A DNA stretch of 55,377 bases, taken from contig DVMK01000134.1 of assembly GCA_018715025.1 (NCBI GenBank), forward strand, positions 1 through 55,377. The letters run 5' to 3'. Shown piece after piece: positions 36,863 through 46,672 of this stretch. The translations under genes and the position numbers were made by a program. Numbering within the stretch: the stretch's first letter is position 1; each line of letters begins with the position of its first letter. This DNA is from Candidatus Caccousia avistercoris (GTDB lineage: Bacteria > Bacillota > Clostridia > Oscillospirales > Acutalibacteraceae). The notes below the pieces were generated by a model. The model had not been told where the DNA came from and ran no database searches. It saw only the letters and a program-made list of their open reading frames with translations.

Positions 36863-37393
36863 TCAGGGAAGGGCCAGCGAGCCCTTGTGGAGGATAGGGA
36901 TGCCGCAGACCACCTCGGCCACCGCATCCGCCTCCGCCGCCAGACGCGCCTGCGCCTCTGCCAAAAGGCGCAGGTAGGCGGCGGTGCCGCCCTGGTAGGG
37001 GACCCCGTCGGCAAACACATCGTTCCCCACCATGACCAGGGTTTCTGCGCGGCGCGCCAGGCTGCGCACCCCCGCCAGCATGGCCTGAAGGGCGCTTTCC
37101 CCGGTGGCGCCGGGGGCAAACAGCTCGTTGGCCGCCAGATTCCCCAGGCATTCCAGCAAAACGGCGCAGCCCTGGGGCAGGGCGAGGGACTCCAGCCCCC
37201 GCTGGGCTTCCACCGTCTGAAAGCCCTTTTCCGCCCGCATGGCCCGGTGGCGGCGGATGCGCTCCTGGGCTTCCGGGCCCCAGGGCTCCATGGTGGCCGC
37301 GTAAATGCGGGGTTCGCCGGGGCTTTTCAGCAGCAGCGCTTCCGCCAGGGCGCTTTTTCCGCAGGCGCTTCCCCCGTAAAGAAGGATCTTCAT
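36863..37393 (-). CDS. cobU: adenosylcobinamide kinase / cobinamide-phosphate guanylyltransferase
   Basis: GGSACGKS.LAE, YAAT, RI.RHR..R, LLEC..L.ANE, VVCGIP. Confidence 0.9.
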   Translation of the reverse strand: MKILLYGGSACGKSALAEALLLKSPGEPRIYAATMEPWGPEAQERIRRHRAMRAEKGFQTVEAQRGLESLALPQGCAVLLECLGNLAANELFAPGATGESALQAMLAGVRSLARRAETLVMVGNDVFADGVPYQGGTAAYLRLLAEAQARLAAEADAVAEVVCGIPILHKGSLALP

Positions 37394-38472
37394 GCGTCCC
37401 CGCCTCCCAGCGGCTGGTAGGGGACCATGCCGTTTTCCTCAAAGGTACCCATGCCCCAGTACACAGCCAGGGCCATGTCCAGCAGAGGGAACAGCGCCGC
37501 CGCGCCGGTGCCCTCCCCCTGGTGCATGCCGGCCTGCAGGGGGGCGGGCAGCCCCAGCGCCTCCATCAGCGCGCCGGCGGCCGGCTCTGCGCTGCAGTGG
37601 CTGCCCAGCAGAAAGCCGCCCGCCGCCGGGGCAAGCCGAACCGCCAACAGGGCGGCGGTGCCGGAGATGAGCCCGTCCACCGCCACAAGAATCCGGTAAT
37701 AAGCGCCGCCCAGGAACAGGCCGGCCATGCCCGCAATATCCAGGCCGCCCACCTTGCTCAGCACATCCAGCGGGTCTGCCGGGTCGGGCCGGTTTACCGC
37801 CAGCGCCCGGCGCACCGCTTCCCGCTTCCGCGCCAGCCCCTGGTCTGAGAGGCCCGCCCCGCGGCCCACGGCCTTTTCCGGGGGCAGGCCCAGCAGGGCG
37901 CACAGCACGGCGGCGGCGGTGGTGGTGTTGCCGATGCCCATCTCTCCCGCCGCCAGCAGGGCGTACCCCTGGCGCTTCCATTCCCCCGCCAGCAGGGCGC
38001 CGGCCAGCAGGGCCTCCTCCGCCTGGGCGCGGCTCATGGCAGGCCCCTGGGCGATGTTGCCGGTGACGGGCAGAATCCGCCTGGAAATGAGCCTGGGGTG
38101 GGAAAAAGCGTCCCGAATCCCCATATCCACCGGGAACACGTCCGCCCGGGCGGCCCGGGCCATGTGGCTGAGGCAGCCCTGCCCCAGGCACAGGTTGCGG
38201 GCCACCACCGCCGTCACAGAGGAATCTGTCTGGGTGACGCCCTCCGCCACTACGCCGTTGTCGGCGCAGAACACGCCCACCGCCCGGCGGAACCCCTCTG
38301 CCGGGGGCGCGCCCAAGGCGGCCGCCATACGGGCCACGGACTCCTGCAGAAGGCCGAGGCCCCCCAGGGGCATGGCCAGGGAATCCCAGCGGCGGCGGCA
38401 GGCGGCGGCAGCCTCCTCCTCCGCAGGCCGGATCCCCGCCAGAAGCTCATGAACCGAATCCGGATTCTTCAT
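37390..38472 (-). CDS. cobT: nicotinate-nucleotide--dimethylbenzimidazole phosphoribosyltransferase
   Basis: ADNGV, GEMGIGNTT, GRGAG, GGLDIAG, SHCSAEP, GEGTGA. Confidence 0.94.
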   Translation of the reverse strand: MKNPDSVHELLAGIRPAEEEAAAACRRRWDSLAMPLGGLGLLQESVARMAAALGAPPAEGFRRAVGVFCADNGVVAEGVTQTDSSVTAVVARNLCLGQGCLSHMARAARADVFPVDMGIRDAFSHPRLISRRILPVTGNIAQGPAMSRAQAEEALLAGALLAGEWKRQGYALLAAGEMGIGNTTTAAAVLCALLGLPPEKAVGRGAGLSDQGLARKREAVRRALAVNRPDPADPLDVLSKVGGLDIAGMAGLFLGGAYYRILVAVDGLISGTAALLAVRLAPAAGGFLLGSHCSAEPAAGALMEALGLPAPLQAGMHQGEGTGAAALFPLLDMALAVYWGMGTFEENGMVPYQPLGGGDA

Positions 38473-38514
38473 TTAGGATCATCCTCCTTACTCTGTATCG
38501 AAACCATGCGGCCC

Positions 38515-39885
38515 TCAGCCCCGCTGCCGGTATTCCGCCATTCGCCGGACAAAACCCTCCGCAAAGCCGGGAGCCCCGTACAGGTACAGGTGCGGGAACC
38601 CGGCGAACAGCGAGCCGCCGGCGTGGACGCAGGCCCAGGAGCCGCCCCCCAGGGGCTTTTCCGCAGTAAAAGCCTCCCCGGGGGAGTCGCTTTCCCAGTA
38701 ATGGAATTCGTGGGCCGGGATTTGCCCGCCCCTGGGGCACAAAAGGCAATCCTGCCGGGCAGTGAGGGTCACGTAGCCGAACCGGCGCTTTCCCCTGGCG
38801 GGGAAGGCGCGAAAGGGCAGCGCCCCCGCCATGGGGAAGCTGCGGCCCTCCCGATCCTCCAGCTCCCGGTGCAGGTACAAAAAGCCGCCGCATTCCGCCA
38901 GGGTGGGCAGGCCCGCGGCCACGGCCTGCCGCACGGAACGGCGCATGGAGCTGTTCCCGGCCAGCTGCTCTGCCCAAAGCTCCGGGTAGCCGCCCCCCAG
39001 GTACAGACCGTGCACCCCCTGGGGCAGGGCGTCGTCCCGCAAGGGAGAAAACGGCACCAGCTGCGCCCCCAGCTCTTCCAGCAGGGCAAGGCTTTCCTGA
39101 TAATAAAAGCAGAAGGCCCTGTCGCGGGCCACCGCCAGGCGCACCGGCCTGTCCCCGGTGAGGCAGGCGGCGCGGGGAAGCGCCCCCTCCACCGGGGGAG
39201 CCTGCCCGGCCAGCTCCAGCAGCCGGTCCAAATCCAGGGTGCCGCGCAGCAGGGCGGCCAGCTTCCCCAGCTTTTCCCGCAGGCGCTCCGCATCCTGCGG
39301 GGTCACCAGGCCCAGGTGGCGGCTTTCCAGGGCCAGCTCCGGGCTGGGGGGCAGATAGCCCAGCACCGGCAGGCCCGTCTCCTGCTCCAGCATAGGGCGC
39401 AGCAGGGAAAACAGCGGCTGGGAGCACCGGTTCAAAAACAGGGCCCGGATCCCGCTGGGACGGCGGAATTCCAGAAACCCCTTCACCAGCGCCGCCAGGG
39501 AAAGGGAAGCGCCCCGGGCATCCACCGCCAGCACCGCCGGCGTGCCGGTGGCCCTGGCCAAATGAAAGCTGCCGGCCCGCTCGCTCACGCCGCCCAGGCC
39601 GTCGTAGTACCCCATGACCCCTTCCAGCACCGCCATGCCGCAGCCCTCGCTGCCCCGCAGCATCAGGCCGCGGACGGTTTCTTCCCCGGTGAAGAACAGG
39701 TCCAGGTTGGCGCTGGCCGCGCCGATGATCTCCCGGTGAAAAAGAGGATCGATAAAGTCCGGCCCGCACTTGAAGGCGGCGGGCCGCAGGCCGCGCTCTG
39801 TCAGAAGCTGCAGCAGGCCGCAGGCGAGGGTGGTTTTTCCGCCGCCGCTGGCCGGGGCGGCCACCAGGATTCTGGGAAGGTTCAC
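38515..39885 (-). CDS. cbiA: cobyrinate a,c-diamide synthase
   Basis: SGGGKTT, FKCGPDFIDP, EGVMG, ESRHLGL, GGGYPE, AECGG, HEFHY; GTG start overlaps cbiET stop. Confidence 0.94.
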   Translation of the reverse strand: MNLPRILVAAPASGGGKTTLACGLLQLLTERGLRPAAFKCGPDFIDPLFHREIIGAASANLDLFFTGEETVRGLMLRGSEGCGMAVLEGVMGYYDGLGGVSERAGSFHLARATGTPAVLAVDARGASLSLAALVKGFLEFRRPSGIRALFLNRCSQPLFSLLRPMLEQETGLPVLGYLPPSPELALESRHLGLVTPQDAERLREKLGKLAALLRGTLDLDRLLELAGQAPPVEGALPRAACLTGDRPVRLAVARDRAFCFYYQESLALLEELGAQLVPFSPLRDDALPQGVHGLYLGGGYPELWAEQLAGNSSMRRSVRQAVAAGLPTLAECGGFLYLHRELEDREGRSFPMAGALPFRAFPARGKRRFGYVTLTARQDCLLCPRGGQIPAHEFHYWESDSPGEAFTAEKPLGGGSWACVHAGGSLFAGFPHLYLYGAPGFAEGFVRRMAEYRQRG

Positions 39886-41072
39886 GCCCCGGGCCCCCTT
39901 CCGCTCAGCAGGAACACCGGGTTCTGGGCCTCCATGCGGTGGTACCGGCCCGCGGGAATCAGCAGGGAAACGGCCGCCTGAATCCGGCGGACCTCCAAAA
40001 AGCCCAGCCGGTCCAGCAGGGCGGAGGCCTCTGCCAGCGTTTCCACGGTGACGGCGGAAACCGCCACCCGCACCGCCGGGTTCTTTTCCAGCAGGCAGAG
40101 AAGAATTTCCTCCAGCCTGCCGCCGCTTCCCCCCACAAAGGCGGCGTCCGGGGCCGGCAGGTCCCGGCACGCCTGGGGGGCTGCGCCCTGCCGCAGCTGA
40201 AGGGAGACATGGAATTTTTCCGCGTTCCTCCGGATCAGCCCGCAGGCCTCGTCCTTCTGCTCCACCGCGTACACGGCGCAGCCCAGCAGGGCCGCCTCCA
40301 CCGCCACAGAGCCGGTGCCGGCCCCAATGTCCCAGAACACGCTGCCCTCCTGCAGGCCCAGGCTGCAGAGGGCCAGGCTGCGCACCTCCCGCTTTGTCAT
40401 AGGCACCTTTCCCCGCAGAAATTCCTCATCCGGCACGCCGGGGGTGAGGGGCGCCGAGGGGGCGCTGTTTTCCACCAAAAGGACGCTCAGCGGTGGAAAA
40501 TCCCGCTCTGCCAGCTCCCGCACAAGGCCCTGGGCGATTTCCTCCTGGGGGTAGGAAAGGTCGGCGCCCGCCGCGGCCCGCAGCTGCCCCAACCCGGCGG
40601 CGGCCAGCGCCCGGCACAGGGAGGCGGGGCTGGAAGCCCCGCCGGTCAGGAAGAAGGTGAACCGGTTCCTCCTCACCGGCGGAACTGGGTCGCAGGCCAG
40701 GCCGTGGGCGCTGACCAGCCGCCATTCCTGCCAGGGCGAGCCCAAGCGGGCGGCAAAATACTGCAGGGAGGAAAGGCCCGGCACAAGGGACGTTTCCCAG
40801 CCCTTCAGCCGGGCCAGCAGGGAGCGCGCCCCGCTGTAAAAGCCGGTGTCGCCGCTGAACAGCAGGCAGGGGGCGGCAAATTCCCGGTGCTCTTCCAGAA
40901 AAGAGGCAATCTCCTCCGGGCGCGTCATGGGGAACCGGGGGGCCCGGCTTTCCACCCCCTCCAGCAGGCGGGGCGCGCCGATCAGGCAGTCCGCCTGCTC
41001 CAGCGCCCGGCGGCCCTCCTCTGTCAGAAAGCGGGGCGAACCGGGCCCCGCCCCTACCAATGTCAGCTTCAT
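39882..41072 (-). CDS. cbiET: fused CbiE/CbiT precorrin-6B/7 C5,C15-methyltransferase
   Basis: VGAGPG, SGDTGFYSG, VSAHG then PMTKREVR, WDIGAGTGSV, FVGGSGG, QNPV. Confidence 0.92.
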   Translation of the reverse strand: MKLTLVGAGPGSPRFLTEEGRRALEQADCLIGAPRLLEGVESRAPRFPMTRPEEIASFLEEHREFAAPCLLFSGDTGFYSGARSLLARLKGWETSLVPGLSSLQYFAARLGSPWQEWRLVSAHGLACDPVPPVRRNRFTFFLTGGASSPASLCRALAAAGLGQLRAAAGADLSYPQEEIAQGLVRELAERDFPPLSVLLVENSAPSAPLTPGVPDEEFLRGKVPMTKREVRSLALCSLGLQEGSVFWDIGAGTGSVAVEAALLGCAVYAVEQKDEACGLIRRNAEKFHVSLQLRQGAAPQACRDLPAPDAAFVGGSGGRLEEILLCLLEKNPAVRVAVSAVTVETLAEASALLDRLGFLEVRRIQAAVSLLIPAGRYHRMEAQNPVFLLSGRGPGA

Positions 41073-41833
41073 TGCAAGCCCTCCTCTACCATGCGGCAAA
41101 TTTCCCCGGCGGGGAGCCCTTCCTCCGCCGGGCGGCGGATGACCACCGGCACGGCGCCGCAGTCCGCCGCAGCCAGCAGCTTTTCCGGGAAGCCCCCGGC
41201 TTCCCCTGTCTCTTTGGTCACCAGCCAGCGTATGCGGTACTCCTGCAGAAACGCCCGGTTCAGGGCGCGGCTGAAGGGGCCCTGCAGGGCCAGAATATGG
41301 CCCCTGGGCAGGCCCAGGGACGCGCACCGCTCCACCGACTGGGCCATGGGAAGCACCCGGGCGTATACACGCTGGGAAAACCCGGGCAGCCCGGCGAAGA
41401 CGTCCATCTCCTTCGCGCCGGTGGTGAGCAGGATGTTCCCCTCCCGCTGCGCCAGCCAGCCGGCTGCTTCCCGGGCGTTTTCCACCAGGACACAGTCCTG
41501 CCAGCCGGGGAAGCTCCGCTCTTCCCGAAGAAGGCGCAGGCAGGGGATCCCCCTGGCCTGGCAGGCCTCCCGCAGGGTGCGGCTCACCTCAAGGGCGAAG
41601 GGATGGGTGGCGTCCACAGCCAGATCCCAGGGCTGCCCCTCCAGCAGGGCGGCGATTTCCTCCGGGTTTTTCCTCCCCTCCAGCACCTGCAGGGAGGAGG
41701 GGAGGCCTTCCAGCAGCTCCCGGCCGTAGCTGGTGGCCACGCACACGGTGACGGCAAGGCCGGGCAGGGCGGCCCAGCGCCGGCAGAGGGCCCGGCCCTC
41801 GGCGGTGCCGCCGAACAAAAGGACCCGCTTCAC
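41069..41833 (-). CDS. cbiJ: cobalt-precorrin-6A reductase (CbiJ/CobK)
   Basis: FGGTAEG, VATSYG, DATHPFA, ARVLP, QGPFS, VTKETG..GG. Confidence 0.92.
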   Translation of the reverse strand: MKRVLLFGGTAEGRALCRRWAALPGLAVTVCVATSYGRELLEGLPSSLQVLEGRKNPEEIAALLEGQPWDLAVDATHPFALEVSRTLREACQARGIPCLRLLREERSFPGWQDCVLVENAREAAGWLAQREGNILLTTGAKEMDVFAGLPGFSQRVYARVLPMAQSVERCASLGLPRGHILALQGPFSRALNRAFLQEYRIRWLVTKETGEAGGFPEKLLAAADCGAVPVVIRRPAEEGLPAGEICRMVEEGLQ

Positions 41834-42582
41834 CGGGAACGTTCCCCGCCGGGGGCCCCTGTCCGGTAGCCCCGGGGGGTCACCAGCTTCCCGCCCAGGC
41901 AGCGGGTGGCGCTGCTGCCCACAAACACGGTGGTGAACATGTCGGCCTGGGCCCCGGCCAGCTCTTCCAGGGTAAGCAGCCGGGCAGACTGGCCTTCCCG
42001 GCCCACGTTGCGCACCATGCCGCAGGCCGTTTCCGGCGCTTTGTGCCGCAGAAGGATCTGGCAGGCCATGCGCAGGTTGTCCGGCCGGTGGCGGCTGGCC
42101 GGGTTGTAGAGGCACAGCGCGAAGTCCGCCAGGGCGGCGGCTTCCAGACGGCGCTCAATCTGCTCCCATGGGGTGAGCAGGTCGCTCAGGCTCACCACCG
42201 CGAAATCGTGGGCCAGCGGCGCGCCCAGCAGGGCGGCCCCGCTGAGGGCGGCCGTCACCCCGGGAACGACCTCGATTTCCACCGGCGGATACTCCTGGGC
42301 CACCTCATACAGGAGGGAGGCCATGCCGTACACCCCTGCGTCCCCGCTGCAGACCAGGGCCACCGTGCGGCCCTTGAGGGCCTCCTCCACCGCCATGCGG
42401 CACCGCTCTGGCTCTTTGCGCATAGGGGTGGAAAGGCAGGGCTTGTCGGGGAATTCCTTCCGGATCAAATCAATATATACCTGATATCCAATCAATACGT
42501 CGCTTTCTCCGCAGGCCTGCCTGGCCCGCAGGGTCAGCCCGGCCGGATCCCCCGGCCCCAGGCCTACTGCGTAAATCTTCAT
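41830..42582 (-). CDS. cbiH: cobalt-precorrin-3B C17-methyltransferase (CbiH/CobJ)
   Basis: VGLGPG, SGDAGVYGM, GAPL.HDF..SLSD.LTPW, YNP.S, DMFT, TPRGY. Confidence 0.94.
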   Translation of the reverse strand: MKIYAVGLGPGDPAGLTLRARQACGESDVLIGYQVYIDLIRKEFPDKPCLSTPMRKEPERCRMAVEEALKGRTVALVCSGDAGVYGMASLLYEVAQEYPPVEIEVVPGVTAALSGAALLGAPLAHDFAVVSLSDLLTPWEQIERRLEAAALADFALCLYNPASRHRPDNLRMACQILLRHKAPETACGMVRNVGREGQSARLLTLEELAGAQADMFTTVFVGSSATRCLGGKLVTPRGYRTGAPGGERSR

Positions 42583-42614
42583 GGGACATTTCCCTTTCTT
42601 AAAATATATAAATC

Positions 42615-43670
42615 TTAAGTAACCTTCGCCCCAGGGCGCCGGGCAGGCTGCGCCTGCGGCCTGGGGGGCGTAAGCCGCACCGGGGCCAGGGCCAGGGCCA
42701 GCGTCACGCCGTTTTGACAAAATTTGGGAAGCCGGAGCTGCCCGCCCCCCAGCACCGCGCTGCGCTCGCACACGTTGTCTACCCCTACGGCAGACTGCAC
42801 GAACGGGGAGGCGTGGAAGCTGCCGGGGGCCCCGGCCAGCTGGGCGGCGGAAAAGAAGCGAAGGGGAAGGCCGCGGGCGCGGCAGAACTCCAGCAGGCCC
42901 GCTTCATCCCGTTTCACGTCAATGGTGCATACCTCCCGCAGGGAGGCCTCCTCCCACTGGTGAAGAGCCAGAAAGTCCTTCAGCGCCTGCTCAATGGCCT
43001 GGGCGCTGACCCCGCGGCGGCAGCCCACCCCCAGCAGGGCGGCCCTGGGCACCACCCGCAGGCAGGCGGGCCCGTCCCCCCGCCCGCAGCAGGTGACCCA
43101 TACCCGGGGCGCGCCGGGGGGCGGGCTGGCGGTAAAGCCGGGCGGCAGCGGCCCTTCCAGGGGAAAATCGCTGGAAAAGCCCACCGCCTCCCCGGCCAGC
43201 AAAGCCCCCGACACCAGCCGGATGGCCCCCTTGGGCAGCAGGGCGCAGCCGTTTTCCGCCGCCCACTGATCCGCCGCAAACAGGCCCCGGCCGTCGGTGG
43301 CGGTGGTGATTACCGGTTCGGCCCCGCACAGGGCCGCCACCTGCCCGGCCAGGCGGTTGGCCCCCCCGGCATGGCCGGAGAGGAGGGAGATGCAGTACCG
43401 GCCGTTTTCGTCCATGACCAGCACGGCAGGGTCAGAAAGCTTGGATTTCAAAAAAGGCGCAATGCAGCGGACGGCGATTCCCGCGGCCCCCAGGTACAGC
43501 AGGGCGTCCGCCTGGGCGAAGGCCTGCTCTGTCCACTGGGCGGCGGAACAGGAGCGTTCCCCAAACCCGGCGCACAGGGACATCTGCACCCCCAAGGGCT
43601 CCAGCCGGCCTATGAGCCCTTCCCCCAGGCGAAGGCCCCGGGCGGTGAAGGCAATGGCGGCCAGCTTCAT
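42615..43670 (-). CDS. cbiG: cobalt-precorrin-5A hydrolase
   Basis: AGIAVR, K..DPAV, LLSGH.GGAN, VITTATD, GVGCRRG, VCERSA. Confidence 0.93.
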   Translation of the reverse strand: MKLAAIAFTARGLRLGEGLIGRLEPLGVQMSLCAGFGERSCSAAQWTEQAFAQADALLYLGAAGIAVRCIAPFLKSKLSDPAVLVMDENGRYCISLLSGHAGGANRLAGQVAALCGAEPVITTATDGRGLFAADQWAAENGCALLPKGAIRLVSGALLAGEAVGFSSDFPLEGPLPPGFTASPPPGAPRVWVTCCGRGDGPACLRVVPRAALLGVGCRRGVSAQAIEQALKDFLALHQWEEASLREVCTIDVKRDEAGLLEFCRARGLPLRFFSAAQLAGAPGSFHASPFVQSAVGVDNVCERSAVLGGGQLRLPKFCQNGVTLALALAPVRLTPPRPQAQPARRPGAKVT

Positions 43671-44425
43671 GGCTCCTGCCCCTTTCGGAACCCGGTGGTG
43701 AAGGCGGGGTGGTACAGCAGGCTGCGCTCCCCCTCCTCCCCCAGGAAACGGCCCACCAGCACCAGGGCCGTCTTTTCAATGCCGTTCTCACGGGCGGAAG
43801 CGGCAAGGGTACTCACCGTGCAGCGCACCACCTTTTCCTCCGGCCAGGTTGCCTTGTACACCAGGGCCGCCGGCGTTTCGGCCGGGTAGCCGCCGGCCAG
43901 AAGCTCCTGCTGGGCCTTTTCCAGAAGGCCGGCGCTGAGGAACAGCACCATAGAGGCCTGGTGGGCGGCCAGCGCGGAAAGCTCCTGCCCGGCGGGCACA
44001 GGGGTGCGCCCGGCCACGCGGGTGAGAATGACCGTCTGGCTGACCCCGGGTACGGTGTACTCTGCCTTTGCGGCGGCGGCCGCCCCGCAGAAGCTGCTCA
44101 CCCCGGGCACCACCTCATAGGCAATCCCGGCTGCATCCAGGGCGTCCATCTGTTCCCGGATCGCCCCGTACAGGCAGGGGTCGCCGGTGTGCAGGCGCAC
44201 GCACAGGCCGCCCTTCTTTTCGGCCTGCACCATGACCTCCACAATTTCCTCCAGCGTCATGCGGGCGCTGTCGTACAGGGCGCAGTCCGGCCTGCACGCC
44301 TCCAGCAGGGCGGGGTTCACCAGGCTGCCGGCGTAAACCACGCAGTCTGCCTGGCGCAGAAGCCTGTCCCCCCGCAGGGTGATCAAATCCGGCGCGCCGC
44401 TGCCCGCCCCTACAAAATAGATCAC
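43667..44425 (-). CDS. cbiF: cobalt-precorrin-4 C11-methyltransferase (CbiF/CobM)
   Basis: FVGAGSG..DLIT, YAGSLVN, RLHTGDP..YGA..EQ, VSQTVILTR, S.LY. Confidence 0.94.
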   Translation of the reverse strand: MIYFVGAGSGAPDLITLRGDRLLRQADCVVYAGSLVNPALLEACRPDCALYDSARMTLEEIVEVMVQAEKKGGLCVRLHTGDPCLYGAIREQMDALDAAGIAYEVVPGVSSFCGAAAAAKAEYTVPGVSQTVILTRVAGRTPVPAGQELSALAAHQASMVLFLSAGLLEKAQQELLAGGYPAETPAALVYKATWPEEKVVRCTVSTLAASARENGIEKTALVLVGRFLGEEGERSLLYHPAFTTGFRKGQEP

Positions 44426-45168
44426 AGCTGCCCCTCCTTTTCCTCCGGCCACACCATGACGGTGGTGAAGTAGCCTGCGCTTTCGGTTTCACGGGTCATG
44501 GCGGGCACCATCCGCTCGCCGGGCAGGCCCACGTTTTCTGCCAGGGAGGAACGCTCCAGAAGGCCCAGCTCGTCCAGCCGGGCGCACAGCTCCGGCAGGG
44601 TGCGGCCGCTTTTCATAACCACCTTGCTGCCCGGCAGAGACAAGGCCTGCAGCGAACCCTCGTACCCGGCGGGAATAATGTGAAGGGGCTGGCGCATAGC
44701 GGTAAGGCTGCGGCCGAAGGAAGCGGCGGCCGCGCAGAAGCTGGGCACCCCGGGCACCACCTGCACCGGAAGGCCGGCCTTCTTCACCCTGGCCAGCACA
44801 TAGCTGAAGGTGGAGTAGAGGGAGGCGTCCCCCAGGCTGGGCATAGCCACGTCGCTGCCCGCCCGAAGCTCTGCCATGACGGCCCCGGCCGCTTCGTCGT
44901 GGTACCGGCGCAGGGCCTCCTTCTCCTTCGTCATGGGGAACAGAAGCGGCAGCAGGCGCTTCCCTTCCAAATCCACGCCGGCCCGGCGGACAATGTCCAG
45001 GGCCAGGCTGTTTTCCCCCCGTGTTCTGGGGTAAGCGACCACGGGGCAGCGTTCCAGCACGCGGATTGCTTTTATGGTGAGAAGCTCTGGGTCGCCCGGG
45101 CCCACCCCTACCCCGAACAGCGTGCCGGGGGCGGTGGATTTGGCTTCCTGATTGATTTCCTGATTCAT
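44422..45168 (-). CDS. cbiL: cobalt-precorrin-2 C20-methyltransferase (CbiL/CobI)
   Basis: GVGVGPGDPELLTIKA, FPM, LGD..YSTF, VPGVPS, VVMK. Confidence 0.92.
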   Translation of the reverse strand: MNQEINQEAKSTAPGTLFGVGVGPGDPELLTIKAIRVLERCPVVAYPRTRGENSLALDIVRRAGVDLEGKRLLPLLFPMTKEKEALRRYHDEAAGAVMAELRAGSDVAMPSLGDASLYSTFSYVLARVKKAGLPVQVVPGVPSFCAAAASFGRSLTAMRQPLHIIPAGYEGSLQALSLPGSKVVMKSGRTLPELCARLDELGLLERSSLAENVGLPGERMVPAMTRETESAGYFTTVMVWPEEKEGQL

Positions 45169-46316
45169 AAAGAGAACTCCTTTCCGGCTTCCGGCCCAAG
45201 GCGGTGCAGAAGCTGCCCCGCGGCGGGCGTCATGCCGAGAAATCCGTATTTGTCATGGTAGAAAAGGAGGCCGGCCTCCAGCCGGCCGGCGGCCCGCCGT
45301 TCCACCGCCGCGCCGGCAGCCCTCAGCAGGGAGGCGGTCACGGCCTGCAGCAGCCCCTTCTCCTGCAGAAGGGCGAGGGCCGCGTCGGTGGTGGGGCAGG
45401 CCATGAGGGCGGCGGCATCCTCCCGGCCCGCCCCGGCCAAAGCGGCGTGGGCGGTCAGGATTTCCATGCGCCCGTCCCCATAGCGGGAATGGGTGTTCAT
45501 AACCCCGGCGGCAAGCTTTACAAATTTCCCCACATGGCCTGCCAGAAGCAGGCCGGAAAATCCCAGGGAAGCGGCCAAATCGATGGTATCCCCCACGAAA
45601 TTGGAGCACTTCACCGGGGAAAGCCCCCGCAGGGAGGGGAAGGAGTGCAGGAACGCCTCCCCGTAGTTGCCCGGCACCGCCACAGCCGTGCTTTCCCCGG
45701 CGGCGCGGCGCACCGAAAGCTCTGCCCGGATGGTGGCCACCAGGGCCTGGTCGCTCATAGGCTCTACAATGCCGGTGGTGCCCAGCACGGAAAGCCCCCC
45801 CACAATGCCCAGCCTGGGGTTGAAGGTTCTGGCGGCCAGCTGTTCCCCGCCGGGGATAGACACCGTCACCAGGGCGTTGGGCTCCAGGCCGCCCTCCTCC
45901 AGGGCCTGGGCGGCCGCCTGGGCGATCATGCGCCGGGGCACCCGGTTGATGGCCGCCGCCCCCACGGGCTGGTCCAGCCCCGGCAGGGTGACGCGCCCCA
46001 CCCCTTCGCCCCCCTCCACCCGGATGCCGGGCTGGGAGGACAGGCGCACCGACGCGTACACCAGAACGCCGTCGGTAATGTCAGGATCGTCGCCTGCGTC
46101 CTTCCGCACCGCGCAGGAGGCTTCCCCCTGGGAAAGGCGGGCTTCCAGCACCCTGGCAGACACCGCGACCCCCTTGGGCACGGTGAGACTTACGGTTTCC
46201 AGGGGGCGGCCCGCCAGCAGGCTGGCCGCCGCCCGGGCCGCCAGCGCCGCGCAGGACCCGGTGGTGACGCCGCAGCGCATGGGCTTTCCGTCTTTTTCTA
46301 TCACCATTTCCCGCAC
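45165..46316 (-). CDS. cbiD: cobalt-precorrin-5B C1-methyltransferase
   Basis: G.TTGSCAA, KDAGDDPDITDG, GEGVGRVT.PGL, TFNPRLGI.GG.S.LGTTGIV.PMS, SNF.GD. Confidence 0.95.
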   Translation of the reverse strand: MREMVIEKDGKPMRCGVTTGSCAALAARAAASLLAGRPLETVSLTVPKGVAVSARVLEARLSQGEASCAVRKDAGDDPDITDGVLVYASVRLSSQPGIRVEGGEGVGRVTLPGLDQPVGAAAINRVPRRMIAQAAAQALEEGGLEPNALVTVSIPGGEQLAARTFNPRLGIVGGLSVLGTTGIVEPMSDQALVATIRAELSVRRAAGESTAVAVPGNYGEAFLHSFPSLRGLSPVKCSNFVGDTIDLAASLGFSGLLLAGHVGKFVKLAAGVMNTHSRYGDGRMEILTAHAALAGAGREDAAALMACPTTDAALALLQEKGLLQAVTASLLRAAGAAVERRAAGRLEAGLLFYHDKYGFLGMTPAAGQLLHRLGPEAGKEFSL

Positions 46317-46335
46317 AGGCGGTTCCCCCTTCCTG

Positions 46336-46372
46336 AAAAACAAAAAAAGCCTGCGGCCCAAAGGACGCAGGC
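46336..46372 (-). terminator. riboswitch expression-platform terminator
   Basis: GCCTGCG-TCCTTTGGGC-CGCAGGC-TTTTTTTGTTTTT just upstream of the cbiD RBS. Confidence 0.85.
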
Positions 46373-46439
46373 GTACAAAGGCAGAGGGAACCCCCTGTAC
46401 CGGCACGCTTTCCGTCCTCCGCGGAGCGTTTGCTCACAC

Positions 46440-46620
46440 AGCCGGGCAGGTTTTCTGGCTGGAAGGCGCTGTAAGCGCCCGAAGCTTCCCTTTCTGCCGG
46501 GGCCTTCCCGCGCAGCGCGCAGTGACCGTTCCGGCCGGAAGCTTCTCACAGCGGCGGGACCGCGCGGGATTTTCACCCGCTTCCCTATTATCCCGCGCAT
46601 ACGCGCAGGCACCCGGCTTG
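46440..46620 (-). promoter_or_regulatory. cobalamin (AdoCbl) riboswitch
   Basis: minus strand GGTGCC...AATAGGGAAGCGGGTGAAAATCCCGC.CGGTCCCGCCGCTGT...CACTG...GGGAAGG...AGCCAGAAAACCTGCC (B12 box). Confidence 0.95.
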
Positions 46621-46643
46621 TCTATGAATGCTTTCCAAGGCTA

Positions 46644-46672
46644 ATCTTACCCTACCCTGTAGGGCTTGTCAA
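46644..46672 (-). promoter_or_regulatory. sigma-A promoter of cob operon
   Basis: minus strand TTGACA-17 nt-TAAGAT directly upstream of riboswitch. Confidence 0.8.

Noticed and set aside
42583-42620. AT-rich gap inside the cob operon as an insertion scar or internal promoter
   Set aside because: Only ~35 bp, contains the cbiH RBS, no -35 element or flanking repeats
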